This document shows positions 49,949-63,572 of a stretch of 64,000 bases of DNA, one piece after another; the first letter of the stretch is position 1; each line of letters begins with the position of its first letter. The stretch lies in contig CM059438.1 in assembly GCA_030390025.1 (NCBI GenBank), positions 61,568,001-61,632,000 of the forward strand, read 5' to 3'. A program made the position numbers and the translations under genes. The notes below the pieces were generated by a model. That model did no database searches. It was not told the origin of the DNA and saw only the letters and a program-made list of their open reading frames with translations. The DNA comes from Squalus acanthias (lineage: Eukaryota).

Positions 49949-52900
49949 ATAGAGTTATACAGCACAGAAAGAGGCCCTTCCGGCCATCAAGCCCTGTCTA
50001 TTCTAATCCCATTTTCCAGCACTTGGTCCGTAGCCTTGCATGCTATGGCGTTTCAAGTGCTCATCAAAATGCTGCTTGAATGTTGTGAGGGTTCCTGCCT
50101 CTACCACCCTTTCAGGCAGTGAGTTCCAGATTCCAACCACCCTCTGGGTGAAAAAGTTTTTCCTCGAATCCCCATTAAACCTCCTGCCCCTTCCCTTGAA
50201 ACTATGCCCCCTGGTTATTGACCCCTCTACTAAGGGGAAAAGTTCCTTTCTATCTACCCTATCTATGCCCCTCATAATTTTGTACACCTCAATCAGGTCC
50301 CCCCTCTGCCTTCTCTGCTCTAAGGAAAACAACCCCAGCCAGTCCAGTCTCTCTTCATAGCTGAAGCGCTCCAGCCCAGGTAACATCCTGGTGAATCTCC
50401 TCTGCACCCTCTCCAATGTAATCACATCCCTCCTATAGTGTGGCGACTAGAACTGCACACAGTATTCCAGCTGTGGCCTAACTAGCGTTTTGTACAGCTC
50501 CATCATAACCTCCCTGCTCTGATATTCTATGCCTCGGCTAATGAAGGCAAGTATCCCATATGCCTTTTTAACCACCTTATCTACCTGTCCTGCTGCCTTA
50601 AGGGATCTATGTACATGCACACCAAGGTCCCTCTGATCCTCTGTCCTTCCTAGGGTCCTACCATTCATTGTGTATTCCCTTGCCTTGTTAGTCCTCCCAA
50701 AATGCATCACCTCACACTTTTCAAGGTTAAATTCCATTTGCCACTGTTCTGCCCATCTAACCAACCCGTCTATATCATCCTGCAGCCTGAGGCTTCCCTC
50801 CTCGCTATTTACCACTCCACCAATTTTTGTGTCATCTGGGAACTTACTGATCATACCTCCTACATTCATATCTAAATCATTAATGTACACTACAAACAGC
50901 AAACGACCCAGTACCGATCCCTGCGGTACATCACTGGACACAGGATTCCAGTCACAAAAACAACCTTCGACCATCACCCTCTGCCTCCTGCCACTAAGCC
51001 AATTTTGGATCCAATGTGCCAAATGGCCCTGGATCCCATGGGCTCTTACCTTCTTGACCAGTCTCCCATGTGGGACTTTGTCAAAAGCCTTACTGAAGTC
51101 CATGTAGACTACATCAACTGCACTACCCTCATCCACGCACCTAGTCACCCCCTCTCAAAATTCAATCAAATTGGTTAGACATGATCTCCCCCTGACAAAG
51201 CCATGCTGACTATCCTTGATTAATCCTTGCCTCTCCAAGTGGAGACTAATTCTGTCCCTCAGAACTTTTTCCAATAATTTCCCTACCACTGATGTTAGGC
51301 TCACTGACCTGTAATTCCCTGGTTTATCCCTACTACCCTTCTTGAATAATAGTACTATGTTAGCTGTCCTCCAGTCCTCTGGCACCTCCCCTCCCCTCCC
51401 CTCCCCTCCCACTTCACCTGAGGAAGGAGCAAATCGATAGCTCCGAAAGCTTGTGATTTCAAATAAAACTGTTGGACTATAACCTGGTGTTGTGCGACCT
51501 CTCAATTTTGACCTCCCCTATGGCCAGAGAGGTTCTGAAAATTTGTGTCAGAGCCCCTGCAATCTCATCCCTTGCCTCACACAGCAGCCTGGGATACATC
51601 TCGTCAGGGCCTGGGGATTTATCCACTTTTAAGCCCGCTTAAACCACTAGTACCTCCTCCCTCTCAATATTAATTTGTTCAAGTATATCACAATCCCCCT
51701 GCTTGATTTCTATGCCTACATCGTCCTTCTCCATAGTGAACACAGATGCAAAATATTCATTTAAAACCTCACCTACATCTTCTGGCTCTACACACAGATT
51801 GCCACTTTGGTCCCTAATGGGCCCTACTCTTTCCCTGGTTATCCTTTTGCCCTTAATATACTTATAAAACACCTTGGGATTTTCCTTTATTTTGCCCGCC
51901 AGTGTTTTTTCATGCCCCCTCTTCGCTCTCCTAATTTATTTTTTTAAGTACCCCCCTGCACTTTCTATACTCCTCTAGGGCTTCCACTGTTTTTAGTCCT
52001 TTGTATCTGCCAAAAGCCTCCCTTTTTTTCCTAATCCATTCTTGTATATCCCTTGACATCCAGGGTTCCCTGGGCTTGTTGGTCCCACCCTTGACCTTTA
52101 CGGGAACATGTTGGCGTTGTACTCTCTCTATTTCCTTTCTGAAAGACTCCCACTGCTCTGATGTGGATTTTCCTACAAGTAGCTGATCCCAGTCCACTTT
52201 GGCCAGATCCTGCCTTATATTAAAATCGGCCTTCCCTCAATTTAGAACCTTTATTTCCGGTCCATCTTTGTCCTTTTCCATGACTACCTTAAATCTCACC
52301 GAATTATGGTCACTGTCACCAAAATGCTCTCCTACTGACACTTCTACCACTTGCCCGGCTACATTCCCTACAATTAGGTCCAGTACCGCCCCCTCTCTTG
52401 CAGGACTTTCTACATGCTGGCTCAAAAAGCTCTCCTGGATGCACTTTAAGAATTCCGCACCCTCTAAGCCTTTCACACTCTAACTATCCCAGTTAATATT
52501 GGGGAAGTTGAAATCCCCTACTATTATTACCCTATTATTTCTACACTTCTCTGAGATTTGCCGACATATCTGTTCCTCTATCTCCCCCTGATTGTTTGGG
52601 GGCCTATAGTACACTCCCAGCAATGTGCTTGCCCCCTTTTTGTTTTTAAGTTCTACCCATATGGCCTCATTAGAGGAACCTGCCAAGATATCATCCCTCC
52701 TTAAAGCAGTAATTGACTCCTTGATTAATATTGCGACACCCCCTCTTTTACACCCCCCCTCTGACTTGCCTGAAGATTCTATACCCCGGAATATTGAGCT
52801 GCCAGTCCTGCCCCTCCCTCAACCATGTCTCTGTGATAGCAACAATATCATACTCCCATGTGTTCATCAACACCTTCAATTCATCTGCCTTACTCGCAAG

Positions 52901-54350
52901 ACTCCTTGCATTAAAATAAATGACATCCAGCCTTGCCATACTCCGTTGTGCCGTTACATATTTGCTCTGCCTTCCAGGCTGACTTGTTTTTTCCTCTATA
53001 TTTGGCTGTGCATCAACCCCTACTATAGCTCCACTCCGTATCCCATCCCCCTGCCAAGTTAGTTTAAACCCCCCCCCCCCCCCAACAGTACTAGCAAACC
53101 TCCCCACAAGGATGTTGGTCCCGTTCCGGTTCAGGTGCAACCCATCCGACTTGTACAGGTCCCACCTTCCCCAGAAGCAGACCCAGTGATCCAGGAAACT
53201 AAAGCCCTCCCTCCTGCACCAACTCTTTAGCCACGCATTCATCTGCTCTATCCTCCTATTCCTATACTCACTAGCACGTGGCACCGGGAGTAATCCAGAG
53301 ATTACAACCTTTGAGATCCTGCTTTTTAATCTGCTACCTAGCTCCCTAAATTCTTGTTGCAGGACCTCATCCCTCTTTCTACCCATGTCGTTGGTACCAA
53401 TGTGAACCATGACCTCTGACTGTTCGCCCTCCCCTTTCAGAATGCCCTGCAGCCGTTCAGTGACATCCTTGATCCTGGCACCAGGGAGGCAACATACCAT
53501 CCTGGAGTCACGTCTGCGGCCACAGAAACATCTTTCTGTTCCCCTTACGATAGAATCCCCTATAACTGTTGCTCTCCCACTCTTTTTCCTCCCCTCCTGT
53601 GCAGCTGAGCCACTCGTAGTGCCACGGACTTGGCTCTTGCTGCATTCCCCTAAGAAACCATCTCCCCCAGCAGTATCCAAAACGGAAAATCTGTCGGAGA
53701 AGGAGATGGACCCAGGGGACTCCTGCACTACCTTCCTAGTTCTTTTACTCTGTCTGCCTGTGCACTCTTTACCTGCGGTGTGACCACCTCATTAAACGTG
53801 CTATCCACGAAGATCTCAGCTTCGCGGATGCTCCACAGTGACTCCAGCCGCAGCTCCAGCTCCGAAACGCGGATTTTGAGTAGGTGCAGCTGGAGACACT
53901 TCCTGCACATGTGTCCGAAAGTGTCCCTGACTTCCCACATAGCACAGGAGGAGCACTCCACACAGCCGAGCTGCCCTGCCATGTCCTACCCTTAATTTAC
54001 TCCCTTTACTTCCTTTAAATTAAAGAATATTAAATACACTAGGGACCTTACTTCCCTTTAAACACTACTTACTCTAAACTAGAGACCTTACTTTGACTTT
54101 AACGACTGGACTGTAGAAATACTCACCAGGTCCTACTTACCAATCAGCTCCTTCCCTGGTTGTGACATCACTTTAGCGGTTTCGCAGTTGTGGTTGACTG
54201 CTCCCGCTCTCGGACTCTTTCCTTGGTGTAAAGTAAGAACCAATTCCTACAGGGTGAAAAGTTAGGAAAAACAATGGCGAAGCAAGGGAGCTCCTCCTTC
54301 CACTCCTCACCTCCTCCCTGACTCACCCAACTCGCAGCACTCTGTTTAAA
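49949..54350 (-). mobile_element. Near full-length CR1 LINE (ORF1 zinc finger + SGNH esterase; ORF2 APE + RT), disrupted
   Basis: CSSCAMW..CRKC; IGDSIVRG / HIGTND / DGLHLN; FNARSL, ITETWL, GVYYRPP, GDFN, SDHN endonuclease motifs; RT motifs; 5' boundary approximate. Confidence 0.92.
51414..51456 (+). ncRNA. Minimal hammerhead ribozyme motif within a 118-bp Penelope insert (51393-51510)
   Basis: tcac-CTGAGGA-a-ggagc(aaatcgata)gctcc-GAAAGCTT-gtga; TSD acctcccct. Confidence 0.78.
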
Positions 54351-54719
54351 CCGTGTAAGTAACTTAGAAATAAAAGCTTAACATATAGAGCCAAACTGTA
54401 AACACAGGCTTTATGGTGCAACAATTGAAGTGTTTTTAATTACTCCTCCGATGGCTCAGTGAGTAAGTACATTTTGTGGTATGCTGCTAAGCCAGTCTGA
54501 ATAGAAAGGTCCAACTTTCACTACTCATTTTGAGTTAGCTGGAAAGGCAGTTGAAGCACTCCAGTTAGCATCCCTGGGATAAAGAGGAAAAAGTCAACCT
54601 CCAGATTGTTATCAAGTGAGCCCTACTGGAAATCCTCATGTCCGGACATTGGGTGAAGAAGGGAGTGAGCTCAGGCATGATTACACAAACTGTCACATAG
54701 CCTGCTGGCACATACTGTT

Positions 54720-55262
54720 GTAGGAACAGGAGTAGGCCGTTAAGCCCCTCGAGGCTGCTCCACCGTTCAATTAGATCATGGTTGATCTGCACCTCAACTT
54801 CCTTTATCTGCATTAGTTCCATATCCCTTGATACACTTACCCAACAAAAATCTATCTGTCTCACTCTTGAAAGCTCCAACTGTCCCAGCACCCACACCCT
54901 TTTGGGGAGAGAATTCTAGATTTCCACTACCTTTTGTGTGAAAAAGTGCTTTCTGATTTATCTCCTTAATGATCTAACTCTAATTTCAATATTATGTCCC
55001 CTCGTTCTTGACTTCCCCCACCAGAGGAAATAATTTCTCTATATCTACCTTGTCAAATCCTTTCAACATTTTAAACATCTCAATCAGATCACCCCTCAAT
55101 CTTCTATACTCAAGGGAATACAAGCCAAGTTTATGCAACCTGCCCTCATAATTTAACCCTCTAAGCCCCGGTATCATTCTGGTGAATCTGCGCTGCACCC
55201 CTTCCAAGGGCAATATATCCTTCCCAAGATGCAGTGCCCAAAACTGAACACAATACTCCAGA
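54720..55262 (-). mobile_element. CR1 3' fragment
   Basis: [14 protein letters not shown]...RRLRGDLIE. Confidence 0.85.
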
Positions 55263-55500
55263 TGGATGAGTCGTCCATCTGGAGTATTGCGTCCAGACGA
55301 GGGTTGCTGGTTCCTGTGGAACCATACCCAAGCATGGTTTCAGCGGTGACCGGGTGGGGGAGAAAATTGAAATTGAGAATTAATGGGCCGTTCAGGACTG
55401 GTCAGTATATTACTGCACTTTGATCCATAATTTATGGGATATTTGTTAATGGCTGAGAATAATTGAGATTTATATGTAAAGAAAATACTTCTGTTTCTAG

Positions 55501-55609
55501 AGCTGAAAAATCGAACATTAAAACTTTTGAAGAATTTGAGGTGGAAGAAAAGGAAGGGTTGATTTTGGAAAATGACTACCTGAGCCCAACAGTGACTATT
55601 CATAAACTG
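55501..55609 (+). CDS. Host gene exon D (AEKSNIKTFEEFEVEEKEGLILENDYLSPTVTIHKL)
   Basis: cttctgtttctag| ... CTG|gtgaga; phase 2 to 0. Confidence 0.7.
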
Positions 55610-56313
55610 GTGAGATTATTAGTCCAGGCCTCTGGATTACTAGTCCAGTAACATAACCACTATGCTGCTGTTCCCAATTATAGTATTATAGTATACCATG
55701 ATAGTATGGGACAGGCCTGATGGACCAGCGAGTCTTTTCCTGTCCATCATTTTTGTATGTTTGTAGATCCCTTCATCAATGATGATCTAAACTTTTGTGT
55801 TTTTTGCCTCTACCCGTCTAGCTAGAAATTTATTCTACATGTTGACCACTCTTTGTGAGCACTTATATTTGTTTGCTATCCTTAGATTCCTGTTTATGCA
55901 TTAATTATACCGGTTATGTAATAAAATGGTTAATACTGCATTTTGCTTTCCTTCCCCCCACATGCAAAATTTGCCCTTTTCCCATGCTTCTCAAGATGCA
56001 GCTTAGAAAACATCTCAAGGGCTAGCCATTATCAAGTCCAGAATGTGATGCGATGTTTTGGTAGAAAATGTGCCAGCAAGAGAATCACGAATTAAATTGA
56101 GCACAGTTGTATCGCCCATAATTGCTACACCACAATTAAGGTTTAGGGACAAATTTCAGTATTTCTTTTTCATCTTCTAAAGTTTTTGCACGCAGCTGCT
56201 TACCTCTCTCTGGAGATTAAACTCAGGAAAGGTCATGGCAGCACAAGTTGTACACTATTTCATGGTTGTGTTACTGTGTTTTACTAAATTATGCTGTTTC
56301 TATGCATTACTAG

Positions 56314-56361
56314 GTGAATCAAAGAACAAAAACAGGGGCTGATGTTATGGAGGAGACCATG
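56314..56361 (+). CDS. Host gene exon E (VNQRTKTGADVMEETM)
   Basis: cattactag| ... ATG|gtaagt; 48 nt, open only in phase 0. Confidence 0.68.
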
Positions 56362-56931
56362 GTAAGTGCTTGCATAGCCTGTAACTATTATATTTCTTGG
56401 CTCAGGGTCTGACCAAATTCAACCGACTTGGCAGACTGATAAATACGTCATTCAACCAAAAAAACCTACAGTGCGTTGCTGGTGTTTAAACAAGATAGAG
56501 TTCGCCAAGGGAACTGATCTATGTTTTTGATCTAAAATAAAATATATTTCTCTGAAAGTCTCAGTTTAAGTGAACGGGGGTGAAAGAAGTAAAGTTTGCG
56601 TTCTGCCTTGGGATTTTGGGAACCTAAAGCTGCTACGATCGCAGAATTTATAAAACCTGATGGGATCTTTCTTATCCAGATTATTGGCCAGGTCAAAATA
56701 AAACTGCTGATGCACAGTTATTTGTTAGAGAATGTCCAATTTAAGCCGTATCGATGGATGTATGAAAGAATGGTGAGAAAAGACCATCAGCCCCTAAGTG
56801 ATCACTCTGTCCTACAATTGAGTAAATTAAAAATTGAGTTTGTTTAACTTCTGATTCTCTCTATTTCTAACTTACAGATAATAGCTTTAAGATAGGAATG
56901 TGTTTTATGTGAATATTCTTTTTACTTACAG

Positions 56932-56979
56932 GCAGGAAAAAACATCGTCCTTTCAGAATATTTTGATACCAAGAAAGAG
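56932..56979 (+). CDS. Host gene exon F (AGKNIVLSEYFDTKKE)
   Basis: ctttttacttacag| ... GAG|gttggt; 48 nt, phase 0-0. Confidence 0.6.
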
Positions 56980-58109
56980 GTTGGTCATGATTTAGCAGAA
57001 AGGAGATGTACTTGATAAGTGCTTCACAGATTATTTAGACTAATTTCTACAAATTATGTGAATTTTATTTACAGTTTGCCAGCTTCGAAATTCTATGTTT
57101 TCCTGTGTAGAAAGTAAGACTGGTCACTTAGACCGTGGCTTGTGTAGTCCCGTGTAAGTAAATGCAGTAATGTGCATCTATAAGCCACAGTGGTGTGTGA
57201 ACTGTCATACAATGTGGTTATAACTTTCTACCTACTTGCTAGCGCTCCTAGTGACTTCTCTACTAAGTTCTGCAGTGGTTAATTAACTTGCATGAAAGAA
57301 ATTGTAGAAGAAATGAAACAAACTTGTTGTAGATAAGAGAGTAAGGGTATACTTTTCATCTTCACTGTCTAGGTGGTAATCTGGCGTAGCAGATCTCCAA
57401 CTCCCCGCCCCCCAGTGTAGAACTCGTCTGATTTTTGTTCCATTGATTTCTTCAACGCTACCTGGTAGATTATTCCAAACATTTGAGTAAAGACATTCTT
57501 CCTTTAATCTGCTTCAAATGTTCTTTTCACTAAGTTAAATTTATGCCCAATGATTCTAGTTCCCCAGCCTAATTTGAAGTGATATTCTGGGTTTACTTTA
57601 TCTATATCATTTATATACCATGATGAGGTTTCCTTTCTTAGCTGCCTTCTTTCTGGTTTCGAGAGATTGAGCTTCTCTAACCTTCCTCATAGTTCATCCC
57701 CTTTAAATTTAGGGTCAGTCTTTTTGCTATTCTGTGCTCCCCAGTGCATATACACGTTTTAGTGGCCACATTCTCTTCTGTCCTTTCAGGTTATTATTGT
57801 CTTCAGAAAGTGAAATGAGAGGTCTGATTGTGTGATAATGTGGACACAGTCTGTTATGTGACCTTTCTGAAGAGTACTGTAGACTCCTGAGATGCAGTAT
57901 CCACTTTGGTCTATCAAACTGCATCTCTCATTACCTAACCTAGATTGAAAAATTTCCAAGTAGAGTTGTAGGCTTTAATTAAAGGTAAAATAAATCCTTC
58001 TGAAAATTCTCATATTTTGTTCTTGGATTAACTTCTCAGATATGGTAAATGAATGTGTCCATTAAGGAGGTAAATGCTGAACAATGAGCTGCTAGATCCT
58101 CGTAACTAT

Positions 58110-59282
58110 GGGAGGGATTTTAAAGTGGAGGTGCGGGTGGAGGATTAAAACCGGCAAAAATGCGAGCTTGTCAGGAAGCCGGCCCCAACCCGCCGACTTC
58201 CGCATTTCACACCAGCGTGTTAGGCTGCCTGCGCGCAAACCCTGCACCAGCTCAGATACTCATACTTCCATGGGAGAAGTTAGAGAGATAGTTGGATTTT
58301 CACACGGTGAATCGTACTTCACAAGTGAGCAAGAGAAGATGGCGGACTCGGGGACAACAGTGGAGAGTCCGCGTCGGAGGGCGCAAGACTCTTCAAGCTC
58401 TGCTGAGCTGGACACAGATGCTGTACCTGGAGGACAACCTCTGGTTCTCTGCCACACCCCAGTGTTCTCTGCTCTCTTCTGCAAGGAGGAAAAGAAGAGA
58501 CCTATGAGTGAGAGTAATGGGATGTGTTCACTCAATGGATGGAGAGCATTTGTTGAGGGTGACTATGAGGGATAGGTATGTCATTGCATAAAGATGAGTG
58601 AGAGTGTTAGTGGTGGATGGATAGATGGGGATGTGAGTAAGTGCATAGACAGAGAGGGATGGGTGCACCTTCCATGTAAGCTGGTGTGAGGGGTGAAGTG
58701 CTTGAGAAGGCAGAGTGAGGGGGTTAGGGTGATGCGCACATCAGGATGGTAGGGCAATGTGCCATTGCTCTCACCTTTCCTGCCCTGGTTAGGTCATTGA
58801 ATCGCTTCCTGCATTGGATCCAGGAGCGTGGCACCATGCTCCTGCTGCTGACCACTTTGGCAATCTCCAACCACGCCTTCTTTGTCTCAGCTGCCAGCTG
58901 CTTCTTCCTGTCACTAGGGAAGAGTATCTCCCTCTGGGCCCTTACAGCCCCCAATAGCACATCCAGAGAGGTGTCGCTGAAGCGGGCGCAGCCTTTGCCC
59001 GTCTCGACTCCATAGCAAGAGGTCTGTGGCTCTCCGTGACAACTCCAAACTCCATCAACTTGCATGTTTGGAGTGTCCCTTTAAATACTGGAGTTGAAAT
59101 CGCGCCGTGCACGTTGTCATCATGCCCGCTGACGCTAATTAGACAGAAACCCGGAAGTAAAGTGATAATGAGGTAGCTGAGTTTAAAAAGCCACTGACAG
59201 ATGTGCTGCACTTACTTCCGAGTTTCCCACGCGTCTATCGGCCCCCCGCTTCCAAGCGGGTCTGCGCTTTAAAATCCAGCCC
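58110..59282 (-). mobile_element. Rearranged Harbinger derivative with Myb/SANT exon
   Basis: TIRs gggagggattttaaag / ctttaaaatccagccc; ARFSDTSLDVLL...AWLEIA...WIQCRKRFNDL followed by donor gtgaga. Confidence 0.82.
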
Positions 59283-59485
59283 TGTTTCTGTGTAACATTT
59301 AATGAGCCCAGCATGTTAGGACCTGTTTCAAGAGTTCTTGTATGTATCTATGCTTCATTGTCTGTGAAGCGCTTTGGGACATCCTGAGGTCGTGAAAGGC
59401 GTCATATTAATGCAAGTATTTACTTTTCTTTCTTTAAATGAGTCTATGGAGACCATTTGTAGAACAATGCAAACATCAGTGACCT

Positions 59486-59718
59486 TGTGGCGGATCGCCA
59501 CCTAAACGGGTGCAATCCACTTTTCCGTCCGTGGACAATAAATCGGGCACCTTGCCTTTAAGGCGCATGCTGCCTTTAAGGCAGGGAAAAAAGGAGTGGG
59601 TGTGGCCCTCAGAGTTTGCAGAGAAATGTTAGCAGCCATTTTACCAGAGATGTGATTAAAAGCCATGTGTTCCACTTATTGACTCGGCTTCAATTCGTGC
59701 TTCGCGGCAGCCACAACA
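59486..59718 (+). repeat. 5' LTR
   Basis: Direct repeat of 63573-63805 with 6 substitutions by eye. Confidence 0.95.
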
Positions 59719-59758
59719 TTGGTGACCCCGACGCTCAGAACGTATTCCGAGCACTGCA

Positions 59759-62700
59759 ATGGCGGACACGAACACAGTTTCCGTGAAACTGCCGGAGTTT
59801 TGGGAAAACCAGCCCGAAGCCTAGTTCTTCCAAGCCGAGTCCCAATTCCGGCTGCAACAAATCACCACAGATGGGACGAAGTACGACTACCTCGTCACAT
59901 CACTCGGTAGCTCCACAGTTACGAAGGTCTGGACAGCGCTGCAGAACCCACCAGAGGAGGGCAAGTATGCACATCTTAAGGCCGCGCTCCTTAAAAAATT
60001 TACGGCCTCGACATACCAGCGAAACTGCCACCTCCTCGACCTTCCAGGCCTCGGTGATGCCTCACCGTCAGACCTCCTCTCCCACATGCTCTCCCTCACC
60101 GACGAGAGCCCACCCGAATCCCTCTTCCGCACGCTGTTCATCTGCCAGCTACCTCTCAGCATCCGCCCAGCGATCGTGGCATCCGGCCTCACAGACCTGG
60201 AAGCCCTGGCCAATGAGGCCGACAAGCTACTGTCCGCTCACTCCAGCCACGACGTCACTCCAGACCTGGCAGCCACTGCCTGGGCGCGCCCCTCACCGGC
60301 CACCACGCGGCCACAAGGCCCAGCCACTGGGCTCACGGGGCCTTCGCGCCCCACTAACCCAGGCCACTGTTACTACCATGCACGGTTCGGCACCAGGGCA
60401 CAACGGTGCACACCTACCTGCTCTTTCAAGTCCGCCCCCGTACCAGCCACGGCCATCGCGGGCTCCCTGCTGTATGTCACGGATGACAAAACCGGCCGCC
60501 GGTTCCTGTGCGACACTGGAGCTCAGCACAGCATCATCCCGGCCTCCGCCCTCGACATCCAAAAGGGCAAACGAGGACCGGCGCTGGCTGCTGCTAACAG
60601 CTCGGACATCCCGACGTACGGCACCCGCACAGTCACCCTCGACCTCACAGGTCGCCGCTACCGATGGGAGTTCATCACAGCCAATGTGCTCTCCCCTCTC
60701 ATCGGCGCAGATTTCCTGTGCGCCCACGGCCTACTGGTAGACATCCCTCGACACCGCCTCGTGGACATGAACACCATGTCTCCCATCCTGGGCGCCATGG
60801 TCCCCCGTCAACCCGCCGACATGGCGTCACAGTGCCATGCCCGGGCCACGGATGACTACTCGGCACTCCTGGCCGAATTCCCGGCCCTTACCAATACGAC
60901 CTTGTCCGCGGAGGCCGCCAAACATGGGGTGGAACACTTCATCCCCACCACAGGCCCCCCAGTGTACGCCCACGCCCGCAGGCTGGACCCGGCCAAACTG
61001 GAGATCGCGCAGACCAAGTTTGCCACCATGGAACAGCTCGGCATCATCCGCCGCTCCAACAGTCCCTGGGCCTCCCCACTCCACATCGCCCCCAAACCAG
61101 GCGGGTGTTGGCGCCCCTGCGGGGATTACCGCCGCCTCAACGACGCCACCACCCCTGATCGGTACCCCGTGCCGCACATCCAGGACTTCTCGGCTAGACT
61201 GGCCGGTCGCTCAGTCTTTTCCAAGGTCGACCTGGTGCGCGGCTACCACCAAGTCCCCGTCCACCCCGCGGACGTCCCCAAGACGGCCGTAATCACCCCC
61301 TTCGGCCTTTTTGAGTTCCTGCGGATGCCCTTCGGCCTCAAAAACGCGGCCCAGGCATTCCAACGGCTCATGGACTCGGTCCTTCGGGACCTGAAGTTCC
61401 TGTTCGTCTACCTGGACGACATCCTGGTAGCCAGTTCCTCCAAACAGGAACACCTCGAACACCTTCGCATCCTGTTCGAGCGCCTCAGCGACCACGGGCT
61501 CATCCTCAGCCCAGCCAAATGCCAGTTCGGCCTGGACAAGATCGACTTCCTCGGCCACCACATCACCCATGCTGGGGCCATTCCCCTGCCCACCAAGGTG
61601 TAGGCCGTCCAACAATTTCCCCGCCCCACCACCATCAAAGGCCTCCAGGAGTTCCTCGGGATGGTGAATTTCTACAACCGCTTCATCCCCAAAGCGGCGT
61701 CCCTCATGAGGCCCCTGTGTGAAGACCTCCGGGGCAGGAGCGGCAAGATGGCGGTCGAATGGACGGCAGACGCGTCAGCCGCCTTCGACTCCACCAAGAC
61801 CGCGCTCGCCAACACCACCCTGCTCGCGCACCCACGGCCCAATGCCAGGGTAGCGCTCACCACGGACGCCTCCGACCACGCGGTCAGTGCCGTGTATGAG
61901 CAGTGGGTCGACGGCGCCTGGCAACCACTTGCCTTCTTCAGCTGCCAACTACGCCCCCCGGAGGTCAAGTACAGCACCTTCGACCGCGAGCTCCTCGCGC
62001 TGTTCCTGGCGGTCCGCCATTTTCGGTTTTTGCTGGAGGGCCACCCCTTCACTGCGTTTGTCGACCACAAACCCCTGACATTCGCAATGGCAAAGACAAC
62101 TGACCCCTGGTCCGCCAGGCAGCAGCGCCAGCTCGCAGCAGTGTCCGAGTTCACCACGGACATCCAACACGTCTCCGGCCGAGACAATGTGGTAGCCGAC
62201 TGCCTCTCCCGCCCCGCCATCCACGCCGCACACCTGGCAGTCGACTACGCTCAACTCGCAGCAGACCAGATCACCGACCCTGATCTGCTCTCCGCACCTA
62301 CCAACCTACCAGGGCTACGCCTGGCCGACGTCGCCTGTGGCCCGACCGCCGTCACGGTAAAGTGTGACGTATCCCTACGTCAACCTCGGCCCGTCGTCCT
62401 GGCACTGCCGGGTATTCGAGATTCTCCACAACCTCTCCCACCCCGGCGCCCGCGCATCCATCAAATTGGTAGCCAACCGCTTTGTCTGGCGCAGCCTTCG
62501 CAAGGATGTGCGTACTTGGGCCAACTCCTGCCTAGCCTGCCAACGGGCCAAGGTGCAGCAACACACGAAAGCACCCCTCGAGGAGTTTACCGTCCCTTCG
62601 CGTAGATTCGACCACATCCACGTGGACATCGTCGGGCCCCTGCCGCCGTCGCAAGGCCACACGCACTTGCTGACAATCGTTGACCGCACCACGCGCTAGC

Positions 62701-63555
62701 CCGAGACAATTCTACTGACCTCTACCACCACCGCCGACATCGCCAGAGCCTTCGTCAGCACCTGGGTCGCACGGTTCGGCGTCCCCTCCGACATGACGTC
62801 GGACAGAGGTCCGCAATTTACCTCTGAACTCTGGACCGCCGTCGCACGCAATCTCGGGGTTACCATTCACCGCACCACAGCGTACCACCCCCAAGCCAAC
62901 GGACTGTGTGAGCGGTTCCACAGATCCTTGAAGGCATCTCTTCGAGCCAGCCTCCAGGACGGCGCCTGGACCGACCGACTCCCGTGGGTCCTCCTCGGCC
63001 TGCGCACCGCGGTTAAAGAAGACCTCCACGCATCGGCAGCAGAGCTCATGTACGGTCAGCCGCTGCGCGTACCCGGTGAGTTCCTGCCCACCGCCACGAC
63101 ACCCTGGTCAGCCGACCAGCAACGCCACGACTTCGCCTCACCGGCGCTACAGTTCGCCCCGGTGCCCATTGCCCGACACGGCGAATCTACCGCACATGTC
63201 CCACTAAGCCTGCACCAGGCACGGTTCGTTTTCGTCCGGCACGACGCCCACCACGGACCCCTTCAACCCCCGTACGACGGGCCCTACAAGGTGCTACAGG
63301 CTGGGGACAAATTTTTCACCCTGCAAGTGGGCGACAGGACCGAAAAAGTGTTGGTTGACCGACTCAAGCCAGCACACTCGGAGCCCGGTGAGCAGGTCCC
63401 TGTAGCCGGTCCACCGCCACGCAGGCCGACCTGCCCTCAAGCCAGTTCACCCGGCTGCTCCACGCCCGGCCGTTCCACGTCCACCGGCGTCCTACAAGAG
63501 CCGCTCCGGCCGGCCCATCAGACCGCCGCACCGTCTCGTCCACACCTCCTAAGCG
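59759..63555 (+). pseudogene. Gypsy gag-pol single ORF, disrupted
   Basis: ATG 59759 (MADTNTVSVKLPEFW); in-frame TAG at 59822 and 61601, frameshift near 62400, TAG near 62697; motifs CYYH..C..C, DTGA, YLDD, TDAS, HHCC, D-D-E; 3' end approximate. Confidence 0.88.
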
Positions 63556-63572
63556 GATTCTGGGGGGAGCTG

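Noticed and set aside
57075..57821. Extra small exons at 57075-57113 and from 57790
   Set aside because: Good splice-like signals, but they give stops in phase 0 and do not fit the exon chain
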